In this document: positions 47,850-57,424 of the stretch, piece after piece | Position numbering within the stretch: the first letter of the stretch is position 1 | Layout: every line of letters starts with the position of its first letter | Source: Thecamonas trahens ATCC 50062 | Lineage: Eukaryota; Protista; Apusomonadida | Direction of reading: 5' to 3' | Length of the DNA stretch: 64,000 bases | Assembly: GCF_000142905.1 (NCBI RefSeq) | Contig: NW_013657619.1 | Span: 130,735 to 194,734, forward strand | The notes under the pieces: model-generated | What the model was told of the DNA's origin: nothing | What the model saw: only the letters and a program-made list of their open reading frames with translations | The model's database searches: none | Program-made: the position numbers and the translations under genes

Positions 47850-48191
47850 GTTCTGCCGTCAATCCAGCTTGCTGCCAGCGCGCAATGGCGGCGACCGATG
47901 ATGGCATCGGGCTGACGCCAAGCTGGATAAGTTTGGGCCACCCGCTTGCTCACCTTAAAACTGCCGCGTCTGACCGACTATGTACCGTTTCTGTGCATAC
48001 CACACCGTCTTTGATTCCGAGTCGAACCCACAGTACGCTACCTTATGCCTCGCACTAGTACACGCCTACTGTGTGTGGAGGGAGTGGGATGGCTGCAGTG
48101 CGCTGGGGCGGGCGTGGAAGACTCACGGGATGAGGGAGGGCGCACGGCGGGGGGGGGGGGGGGAAATAACCACGTGAGAGGGGGGACAGAC

Positions 48192-49106
48192 ATGGAGTTT
48201 CTGCTGCAGGGGAACAGCAGGTCGATGGACCTGAATGACGCGTTTGCAGCGACGACCGATACCAACCGGCCGATCTTTACAAAGGTGTTTGGCGATACGA
48301 CGACGTGGCAGACCAAGGTGGGGACCATTACCTTTTCGTTTGTCTTTGATCCCAAGGCAAACTACGAAAAGTCAGCCATCATGGCGTCGGCGTGGAGCGA
48401 TCCTGTGGAAGAGTTCAAGAAGGAGCTGCAGCGGCATCTACTGAGCGACGAGGACTTTGCGCCCATGGCGTCGGAGCAAGAGGTGGTGTGGGAGTACATC
48501 AAGGCCAACGTGCCGGCCGAGCTGCTTGTCAAGCACGTGGCGTCGATCGACGAGTACATGACCATGCTCGAGGCCCGCGCCAAGAAGGAGTACCACGAGC
48601 TCGTCGCCTTTACCGACGCCCTCAAGACCCGTGCCTTTGACTTTGCTGTCCAAGTCGCCATCGACGCGTACCCGGTGCCCAAGGAGAAGCGCCGCGGCTC
48701 GGGCCGCAAGTCGCCGGCTGTCGAGGAGAACGGCGGCCCGCGTGGCGTCTGCATTCTGCACGTCCAGCACGAGCTCCGCGACGAGAGCGAGGCGGCGTCT
48801 AGAGGCGGCCCGTCGGCCATGACCCTCGCTCCGCCGTCGGCGGCTGCCGGCGACGAGACATCATCGCCACGCCTCCGTGAGCGCTCGCTCTCCAACGCCT
48901 CGCAGGAATCGGCAGACTTTGCATCGACCAACCTCGGCGCATCGCTCGAGCTCGGCGACGCCGTCGCCCTGCGGACCGCCAAAAAGTTCCCGCGCGACGC
49001 CGCAGACTTCTTTGCCCAGGTCGAGGCTTGGCTGCAGGCGACTATCAAGAAGCGCACCCAGGAGCTTGTCGAGGCTGCGTCCATGTCGTCGACACTGTAC
49101 AACTGA
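48192..49106 (+). CDS. Hypothetical protein
   Basis: 304-codon ORF with host-like codon usage; no family recognised. Confidence 0.65.
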   Translation: MEFLLQGNSRSMDLNDAFAATTDTNRPIFTKVFGDTTTWQTKVGTITFSFVFDPKANYEKSAIMASAWSDPVEEFKKELQRHLLSDEDFAPMASEQEVVWEYIKANVPAELLVKHVASIDEYMTMLEARAKKEYHELVAFTDALKTRAFDFAVQVAIDAYPVPKEKRRGSGRKSPAVEENGGPRGVCILHVQHELRDESEAASRGGPSAMTLAPPSAAAGDETSSPRLRERSLSNASQESADFASTNLGASLELGDAVALRTAKKFPRDAADFFAQVEAWLQATIKKRTQELVEAASMSSTLYN

Positions 49107-49123
49107 ATCCTGCCTAAACTTCC

Positions 49124-50178
49124 TTAGCACACCACATACGCATACATGCGGGTCATCTCGGCTTCGTCATCGTCGTCGTCACCGTCGCTGCCGTTAATAA
49201 CCCCGACCGGCCGAACCCACTCAGCGAGCCGCTCCGGGCTCCATCCCAGCTCGCCAAGGACCAGCTCGAGCGATGGGTGCGAGAGGACAAGCGTGCCAGG
49301 CTTGAGCGCGCTCGACACCGTCTCCCACACCTCTGGCTGGTCGTCGCGCGGGACAAAGAACTGAAAGACGTTGTTGAAGACCGCAATCGACGCGCTGCTT
49401 AGCTCAGCCAGCCCAGCCTCGGACTCGGCCCGCGCCTCCACAAACCGCGCTGCGTCGGCGAGCCCATACCGCGCCGCCGTCCGGCCAGCCAGCCCGGCAA
49501 AGTACGCATTGGCCTCGACACCGATGCCCTCGATGCCGCGATGGCTCAACCCGCGGACGGCGCCCAGAACAACGGCGCCGAACCGCGAACCAACGTCGAC
49601 GAGGTGAGCGCCAGAGTCCGGAAGGCCGAGCGCCGCCCACTGCCCGTCGAGCCAGGCCACGATGGAGGTGATCTCGGCCGGCGAGAGGCTGTGGGAGATG
49701 ATGTGAACCGCGCGGACGCCGTCTGCCCTGCGGCAGTGAGCGCAGACGTACTCGTAGTACGCCGCCTGCGAGGCGTCAAACAGATCGTCGGCCGAGTCGA
49801 CGCCCACCCCGCCGCCGCCGGCGGAACAACCGCCAAGGCATCGGCCGGATCCGGGAAGAGCAGCGCATCGATGTGGACCGAGTTTCCGGCATCGCACTCG
49901 CCAAACAGCCCCATGCTTTGATGAAGGACCGTCTCGCCGGGTGCCAGTCCGCGCGCAGCCTCTCCGCCGTCCGCCGCCAGCTCCTCCCGAACGTATCCGC
50001 CAATGACCTCCAGCCACGCCTCGAGCGCTCCGTCGCCCACCGCTCCCACCGCTCCCACCGCCAAAGGCTCTTCCGTCTCGGCCTCCCGTCGCCGGGTGTC
50101 TTCGGCATACACCGCCTCGAGGAACTCGTACCACTCGTCGGCAGACACGAGCGGAATCTGGCTTGTAAGCGAGGTCAT
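49124..50178 (-). CDS. Class I SAM-dependent methyltransferase-like protein (-1 frameshift at 49807-49810)
   Basis: VHIDALLF, YVCAHC, ISHS, LVDVGSRFGAV (motif I), IGVEAN and FNNVFQFF; adding one G joins ORFs 49546-50178 and 49124-50299. Confidence 0.75.
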
Positions 50179-50541
50179 GGAGAGAGGGCGGGGGTGAAGT
50201 GGGAGGGGACGAATGAAGGAGAATTAATCGTTGGTTGGGTGGTGGCGGGGCGGGAGGGGGAGAGACGATTAACTGAAGGAGAATTAATCGTAAGGTCAAA
50301 GGTCAAAGTCACCTCAATCACTCTCCCCACCCCGCCCCCTCCCCCCTCCTACACCCACACACATTGGGATCATTGCTGTATTGAGCGCATGCGTCACCGT
50401 CATCTTGCAACACACCACATTGGAAGGAAAAATAGGATGTACCCTCAATTGACGGAAAAAATCGCCTCCACAGCCTCCTGCGGGACGAGTCTCTCGCTAC
50501 AGCTGGCATCACTGCTCTCAACAACATCCAACAACAAGATC

Positions 50542-50787
50542 ATGCCCAAGCCCATGACTATTAAAGCTGCGTCGCGGATCTACAGGGCGGCTTGCCTCGC
50601 AAACAACGGATGTGTGTCCGCCGGCAGCTTTGCCGCCCGCGCTATGAGCGCCGCCATGCGAAACTCTCGGCAGGAACATGTCAGCCACGTCGATGACAAC
50701 AGCACTTGCTTCAGCACAAGCATCTACATTTGTGCTGCCGTTGGTGCTGCCGTTGGTTCTCTCCTCCTGATCACCAACCTACTCTGA
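50542..50787 (+). CDS. Small SMP/LEA-like protein with C-terminal hydrophobic tail
   Basis: MT..AASRI...A..NNG.V..GSFAARA.SAA..N motif; paralog of 51191-51361. Confidence 0.65.
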   Translation: MPKPMTIKAASRIYRAACLANNGCVSAGSFAARAMSAAMRNSRQEHVSHVDDNSTCFSTSIYICAAVGAAVGSLLLITNLL

Positions 50788-51190
50788 CTGTAGCTTCGCT
50801 TTTTCGCAACGCAATCAGGCTGCTGCACCTACGAGCTCCGCACACGCTGTCGAGCAGTGTCGCACAGCAAGTTTTCGCATGCCATCGGCTTGCTCTCTAT
50901 CTCCTCAGGCCTACAGCTCGATCAGCTTTAGGAGGGCAAGTCGGGAGGACAGTAAACATGCTAGAAAACGAGCGCAAGTTGTCGATGCCTCTCGCCACAG
51001 CATACCGATGCACAAGTGACAACAACAAGTGCCCTTTGTCCACACAGCTTCTGCCTTTGGCCCTCAGTTGAAAAAAAGGGTCTGCCCTCGGAATAGCCCG
51101 GCCGGACACCACAAAACCGGATTGAAATCTCGTGCGCTCCCACGCTACCGTTGCATCCATACCCACCCACTCCCACACCAGCAAAGCAAC

Positions 51191-51361
51191 ATGCCCAAGT
51201 CTACCGGATCATCTCGCTCGGCCATGACCCGCTCGGCCGCGTCGCGGATCCAGAGCGCCACCGCCCGCGCCAACGGCGGATCTGTGTCCAAGGGCAGCTT
51301 TGCCGCCCGCGCCCAGAGCGCTGCCGCCAGCAACAGCAGCGCATCGACCACCTCCAAGTAG
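51191..51361 (+). CDS. Small SMP/LEA-like hydrophilic protein (56 aa)
   Basis: MTRSAASRIQSATARANGGSVSKGSFAARAQSAAASN, a motif recalled from small fungal and bacterial proteins. Confidence 0.75.
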   Translation: MPKSTGSSRSAMTRSAASRIQSATARANGGSVSKGSFAARAQSAAASNSSASTTSK

Positions 51362-51571
51362 TAACCCCTCCGATACTCTCGTCTTCGCTTCCTTGCCGGC
51401 CGAGTAAACCCCTGCCTTTTGTACTCTGCCATCGTTTAGCCTTCGCGAACAATGGCCGTGAGAAAGACCGGCTCGCGAGCCGCAGACTCACCACCAATTT
51501 GTTCATTTGAGCGACCTCACTCTGCGGCTCGTCCCGTCCTCCCGCATCGCGAGCGTGTGGGCTGCCGCAGC

Positions 51572-52516
51572 ATGGATGCCCTTCCGAGCGAGATAGTCCA
51601 CGAAATTGCGTACGGAGCGCGTGTGCTCGGTCCGCGCGATGTCGTCGCCTTGGCTCGGGTGAGCAAGCGGACGCATGGCGTGCTGCTTGGCTCCGACTAC
51701 GCCCGCGCTGCTGCCCACGCCACCGCCGGCCTCACCTTTTGTGCCGCCCGCGATCTGTTCCGCGCTGCGCTGCGCGCTCTCGAGTCGGACCACGCACTAC
51801 CACCAACCTGCCTCGCCGCCCTCATCGACACGCTCGCCGCCAACAAGATGACCGCTGCCCGATCCAGCTTCTTCCCGCTGCTCGTACGCAAGCTGCTCGC
51901 CGTCCCGGCTGTTCTCGCTCCGCACAGCCGTGGCGTTGAGCCGTGTCCGCTGGTAGTCGCTGCTGAAGCCGGCCACGCGAGCATTGTCCCCGATTTGCTG
52001 GCTCACGAGGACGTCGATCCGGCTCACGGTTGCTACTTTGCGTTCCGCCAGGCGGCGGCGTTGGGCCACGCCGGTGTCGTCGCCGTACTTCTCGCAGACA
52101 AGCGGGTCGATCCCGAGGCTTGCGATGGCGAGCCGCTCGCAGCCGCCATTCGCTACGGCCACGCCCATATTGTGGAGCTCCTTCTCTCCGATGAGCGTGT
52201 GGACCCGGCCCGCAACAACAACGCCGCGATCTGCACTGCCGCCGAGCTCGGGCGCGCGTTGATCGTCGACACCCTCCTCGCCCATCCGGCGGTCGATCCG
52301 GGGGCATGTGACGACACGCCCATCCGCGCCGCTGCTGAGCATGGCCATGCGGCCGTCGTCGCCCGGCTGCTTGCCCACCCATGCGTCAACGCCCGCGCCT
52401 GCTTTGACTATCCGCTCCGCGCAGCGACCGACCGCGGCCACGCACCCGTCGTCGCTCTCCTCACTCACCACATCGCCGCCCAGTACGCCTTTGATTCCTT
52501 CGACGTGTATCATTAA
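51572..52516 (+). CDS. F-box-like + ankyrin repeat protein
   Basis: MDALPSEIVHEI...VALARVSKR F-box pattern and about six repeats of A..GH..VV..LL.D.RVDP. Confidence 0.85.
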   Translation: MDALPSEIVHEIAYGARVLGPRDVVALARVSKRTHGVLLGSDYARAAAHATAGLTFCAARDLFRAALRALESDHALPPTCLAALIDTLAANKMTAARSSFFPLLVRKLLAVPAVLAPHSRGVEPCPLVVAAEAGHASIVPDLLAHEDVDPAHGCYFAFRQAAALGHAGVVAVLLADKRVDPEACDGEPLAAAIRYGHAHIVELLLSDERVDPARNNNAAICTAAELGRALIVDTLLAHPAVDPGACDDTPIRAAAEHGHAAVVARLLAHPCVNARACFDYPLRAATDRGHAPVVALLTHHIAAQYAFDSFDVYH

Positions 52517-52527
52517 CATCATCCACA

Positions 52528-53700
52528 TCACAGCTTGTGTGCAGTCCAGGGGCTGAGGTCGATAACCAGCTTGCCGCTCTGCCCGCCGGCGGCCATGGTC
52601 GCAAACGCCGAGTGCAGCTCGGTGACCGGCGTGACCGAGGAGACCGGCGGGACGATAGCGTGTTGGGCCACAAAGGCGAGCATGTCTGCAAACTCGGCGG
52701 ACGAGCCCATGGTTGTCCCCCGGAGTTCGATCTGCTTGAGGAAGAGCCTGACCGTGTCCAGCGACCGCGGCCGGCCGGCAGTCGCGCCGTAGTGGACCAG
52801 CACTCCGCCGACGCCGAGGACGGTCCGGATGCAGTCATTGAGGCCCTCACCACCGGCGCCATCGATGACCACATCAAAAGGCTTCCCACCCGCCGTCTCC
52901 ACCAGCTCCGCTGCCCACTCGGGCTCGGTGTAGAGCACGCCTCCGGCTGCCCCGAGCTCCGCCACCGCCGCATCGATTTTGGCCTGGCTCGACGACGAGA
53001 CCCAGACCGAGTGCCCGGCGGCGACGGCAAAGAGAACCGCCATCTGGGCCACTCCGCCGCCTGCGCCGGTAACAAGGACCCGCTTGGCCTCGCCAGCCGG
53101 CGGCGACCAAGTCGCAGCCGAAGACCCGCCGGGCGGGATAAGGCCGGCCTTGGTCGCCACCGCCCGCCACGCGGTCACGCCCGCCAGCGGAAGAGCAGCG
53201 GCAGCGGACATGGAGAGGTGCGGCGGGACAGGGTGGAGCATCCGCTGTGGCACGTACACCGTGCTGGCGAGCGTGCCCGGGAGCGGGAGCAGGCCGAGGA
53301 TGCGGTACGGTCCATCGGTCGGCCCGGCTCGCGCCGAAGCCCACCCGGCGCCTGGCTCGATGACCACACGAGTAGACTCCGCCTCGCCGTCGGCGTTGGT
53401 CACAAGCCCGGCTCCGTCAGCGCCGAGGACTGAGCCAGGAACAATGCCAGGGTACATGCCGTCCATGATCCACACATCGCGGTGGTTGAGCGCAGCGTGG
53501 CTCATCGTCACCGCCACCAGATCAGACTCGGCCACCTCAAACGCCGCGGCCGCACTCGCCATCAGCTCGCTCGCCGCGACCATCGCCTCGGCTGGTGCAA
53601 ACTTGCGCTCGAACGCCGCGCTGTCCCTCTCGCCTTTGCCGTCTTCCACTTTGCGCAGCACTATGCATCGCACGCTCTTGCTCGGTTTACATGCAGCCAT
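52528..53700 (-). CDS. MDR-family NAD(P)H:quinone oxidoreductase (non-zinc, YogA-like)
   Basis: ALNHRD, LGADGAG, LPLAGVTAWRA, VLVTGAGGGVA, YGATAG, LRGTTMGS and Q.GKLV motifs. Confidence 0.9.
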   Translation of the reverse strand: MAACKPSKSVRCIVLRKVEDGKGERDSAAFERKFAPAEAMVAASELMASAAAAFEVAESDLVAVTMSHAALNHRDVWIMDGMYPGIVPGSVLGADGAGLVTNADGEAESTRVVIEPGAGWASARAGPTDGPYRILGLLPLPGTLASTVYVPQRMLHPVPPHLSMSAAAALPLAGVTAWRAVATKAGLIPPGGSSAATWSPPAGEAKRVLVTGAGGGVAQMAVLFAVAAGHSVWVSSSSQAKIDAAVAELGAAGGVLYTEPEWAAELVETAGGKPFDVVIDGAGGEGLNDCIRTVLGVGGVLVHYGATAGRPRSLDTVRLFLKQIELRGTTMGSSAEFADMLAFVAQHAIVPPVSSVTPVTELHSAFATMAAGGQSGKLVIDLSPWTAHKL

Positions 53701-53767
53701 CTGAAGGCTAGTGAGTGAGGTGGCACATGACACGTTGCGCAGATGCGGCTGAGGGCACGCGCCATCG

Positions 53768-55090
53768 TCATCGCCAGCGCGGCTTGGCGACATCGGCCGC
53801 AGACGCGGAGACGGCTGACGGTAGATTGCCGGCTGGGCGCGGCGCTGACCGCCGGAGCTGGACTCGCCGCTCGGCAAGGGAGAGCGGGCGTGAGCGGCCA
53901 GTGGCAATGGGCGCGGGTAGGACCCCGGGTGCACTCGCAGAATCGGCAAAGATCAACGAGCTGTCAAGGGTGGGCGGGTGCTGGGTGCCGGCGCGTGGGT
54001 TAAAGTACTTGGAGACCTTGCCGATATCACCAATCTCGTACTCACCAGGGCCTGGTGTGACGCCTGCACGGGCAGCGGCGGCGGCGGCAGCCGGCGACGA
54101 GTAGCGGACCCGGGTGTCGTGGAGGAAGTGCGGCTTGAGCGACGAGCCGGGAACAGGCTTGGCCACAGGAGCAGCAAGGGCGTGGCTGCCGACAAGCCGG
54201 ACAGCGTGAGCACGGGCATCACGAGCAGCCGCAGTGTCCTCGGGATACGGGTCGTACGAGCCCGGGCCGGGCGGCGGCGGCGACGCCGACTGCAACGCGC
54301 CAGCAGTTGACAACGAAGCAGCGGCTGAGGGCGCAGCAGTCGCGGGCGAGCGGGTCGTGGCCGAGGCAAAGGCGGCCGATGGCAACGGCTTGCGCGGAGC
54401 CTGATGCGGAGCCTCTGGCTTGTACGCGCCTGGGCCCGGGACCTCGAACCCAGACGGAGTGAGCCGCTGGCCCACCGGGCGGGAAAAGGCTGCGCTTGTC
54501 TTCTTCTTGTACCGCGGCTCGGGAAGGTCCACCGAGTACGCGCCCGGCCCTGGCTGCGGTGATCTGCGAGCGCGCAGCTCGTCGGTCCGCAAGACGGCCA
54601 GGCGTGGAGCAAAAGCGGCCGAGGCCGGGCTCCCGCGCTTTGCGGCCAGCCTCCGAGCCGCGCCATCCACATCGTAGGCACCGGGCCCGGGGGCAAGAGT
54701 CCGGCCGGAAAAGTCGCGGCCAAAGCGACGAGTCCGCGAGACAAAGCCGCCGGTGTAGCCCTTTGCGCCGATGGAAGGCGAAGCCGACTCGAGCGAGGCG
54801 TGGGCCGAGTAGGCCAAGGTCGGCGGGCCATCTGTGGCCAGTTCAGCAAAGCGCAACGAGCGCGAGTTGAACCCATCCGCCTCCCGTGCTCCATCCAGCA
54901 GCAGTGTCTCATACTTGGAAGGAATCGATGCCGCAGCCCCATCACGTGTTCGATCGTACCCGGTCCGGGTCGGGCCTGTGGGCGGGGAGGAGGGCAGTTA
55001 GTTGGGTGGGTGAGGTGTGAGGGGGGGGAAGGGGGAGGGGGGGTGGGGAGGCTTACCTTTGAGAAGTCCCCTGTTGTGGACACCAGCCAT
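53768..55090 (-). CDS. STPG1: STPG1/ODF3-like (SHIPPO, PGPGxY repeat) axonemal protein; exons 55090-55057 and 54975-53768
   Basis: GTAAGC donor (55056), ACTAAC branch point and CACAG acceptor (54976), phase 1; SIPSKYET...GFNS...RF, KGYTGGFVS..RRF and five PGPG.Y repeats. Confidence 0.75.
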
Positions 55091-56029
55091 GCCCGTGCGG
55101 GGGGGANNNNNNNNNNNNNNNNNNNNNNNNNNNNNNNNNNNNNNNNNNNNNNNNNNNNNNNNNNNNNNNNNNNNNNNNNNNNNNNNNNNNNNNNNNNNNN
55201 NNNNNNNNNNNNNNNNNNNNNNNNNNNNNNNNNNNNNNNNNNNNNNNNNNNNNNNNNNNNNNNNNNNNNNNNNNNNNNNNNNNNNNNNNNNNNNNNNNNN
55301 NNNNNNNNNNNNNNNNNNNNNNNNNNNNNNNNNNNNNNNNNNNNNNNNNNNNNNNNNNNNNNNNNNNNNNNNNNNNNNNNNNNNNNNNNNNNNNNNNNNN
55401 NNNNNNNNNNNNNNNNNNNNNNNNNNNNNNNNNNNNNNNNNNNNNNNNNNNNNNNNNNNNNNNNNNNNNNNNNNNNNNNNNNNNNNNNNNNNNNNNNNNN
55501 NNNNNNNNNNNNNNNNNNNNNNNNNNNNNNNNNNNNNNNNNNNNNNNNNNNNNNNNNNNNNNNNNNNNNNNNNNNNNNNNNNNNNNNNNNNNNNNNNNNN
55601 NNNNNNNNNNNNNNNNNNNNNNNNNNNNNNNNNNNNNNNNNNNNNNNNNNNNNNNNNNNNNNNNNNNNNNNNNNNNNNNNNNNNNNNNNNNNNNNNNNNN
55701 NNNNNNNNNNNNNNNNNNNNNNNNNNNNNNNNNNNNNNNNNNNNNNNNNNNNNNNNNNNNNNNNNNNNNNNNNNNNNNNNNNNNNNNNNNNNNNNNNNNN
55801 NNNNNNNNNNNNNNNNNNNNNNNNNNNNNNNNNNNNNNNNNNNNNNNNNNNNNNNNNNNNNNNNNNNNNNNNNNNNNNNNNNNNNNNNNNNNNNNNNNNN
55901 NNNNNNNNNNNNNNNNNNNNNNNNNNNNNNNNNNNNNNNNNNNNTGGGGGAAAAAAAATGGCCCCCAAAGGGGGGGGTGACATCGTAGCTGGGTATGGGC
56001 AGGGGAGGAGGAGAGGGGAGAGTGATGAT

Positions 56030-56292
56030 TGTGCATCGCATCGATTGTGTCGATGGTATCGAGGGATTGTATCGATCGCCTCGATTAGTTGTGGTTGATA
56101 AATTGTATCGAGGGATTGTGTCGATCGCCTCGATTAATCGCCTCGATCAATCGTATCGATCAATCGTTTCGATTAATTGTGTCGATCGCCTCGATTAAGC
56201 GTATCGATCAATCGTATCGATCAATCGTATCGATTAATCGTACCGATCAATCGCCTCGATCAATCGTATCGATCAATCGTATCAATCGCATC
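56030..56292. repeat. Degenerate ATCGAT/CAATCG/CGATTAATCG palindromic array
   Basis: More than 25 ATCG/CGAT units; CGATTG-type words at left and CAATCG-type words at right. Confidence 0.9.
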
Positions 56293-56508
56293 GTCGGCTA
56301 TCAGCAGTGGTGGCCGGCAGATGGCAGATGGCAGGAGCTGGTCCAATGCCCCAGCCCAAATCAAGCTCAAGCTCCCGCCCGGCAACCGGATGGCAAGCAC
56401 GACATCGAGGGCTTGCCGATAAACAGCTGCCCACGAGCCGTCGCCGGCGAGCAGCAATCTAGGAATAGCGCCGGACAAGGGCCAGACTCCTCTCCTCCCC
56501 GACTGACC

Positions 56509-57277
56509 ATGGCTCGATACGAGGCGACGTACGGCGACGGGTCGTTCCAGGTCTCCGGCAGCTTGCATCGGATGCTCTCGCAGGCCACGCCCCTGTACGA
56601 GTACCTCACAGGCCGCAAGGCGCCTGCGGTGGTGGTACGTTCCCCAAACCCTGTCGGCTTGACCATGCCATGGCCTCGCTGTGGCTGGGAGTGAGTCCGT
56701 TGGCAGCCGTTTGGCAACCAACGGTCTTTTGGCCGACGCACGCGTGGCGAGCTCGACGCAGCCGAGCAGCACCACTGGCCGGGTGTGTGGCTGTTGGTGG
56801 ATTCGGCAGGAGTGGCTCACAGAGAGTGTTGCCGTGGAGATGGTGTAGGTGCCGGCAGAGATGGATCCGCGCGATGTGGTGGCCTCGAGGCGGTCACACG
56901 GCCTCTTTGCCCACTCGGTCCGCATGCCCTCGCGCCACGGCGAGACCGAGGGTCGCTATCCGTGGACCCTCCCGCGCGAGGTCGAGGAGGAGTTGGAGCG
57001 ATCGGCATCGGGGCTGCTGGAGATAGCCGACGATAATGGCGAGTATGACGAGGATAACGACGAGTGTGGATCGGGGTATGATGCAGCTGACGGTGCCGAT
57101 GAGACCCGTCAGGCCGGCGCAGATGCCGATGCAAGCGCAGACAAGGCTGAGAGCGAGTTTGCCAACACTCGCAAGCCCGCATGGGCTGCACGCTCGCAGT
57201 TCCGCCCAGCCTCGCAGATCACCTTTACCAACCGCGGCCCGTACGGCAACACCTACGACATTTCTATGTACATGTAG
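56509..57277 (+). CDS. Hypothetical protein; exons 56509-56634 and 56849-57277
   Basis: Phase-0 GTACGT donor, GCTCAC branch-like motif and TGTAG acceptor join APAVV|VPAEMD; start uncertain. Confidence 0.5.
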
Positions 57278-57424
57278 CCGATCAACACCCGCCGCCCCGC
57301 CGCACACAGATACCATCGTCAGGCGCAGGTATTGCCACCGTTGCAGATGGCAACAGCTGCTGAAAGAGCTGATAAATACGCCAAGACCGAGCATTGAGCC
57401 CGTTCTCGCTTGCTTTGCCAAATC

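Noticed and set aside
50293-50305. Perfect DR1 nuclear-receptor element AGGTCAAAGGTCA
   Set aside because: Nuclear receptors are animal-specific; a single occurrence is explicable as a short tandem duplication.
52528-52540. C-terminal HKL as a peroxisomal PTS1 on the MDR
   Set aside because: Non-canonical first residue; too weak to call.
22564-55944. ORFs spanning N-runs
   Set aside because: Artefacts of assembly gaps read as X.
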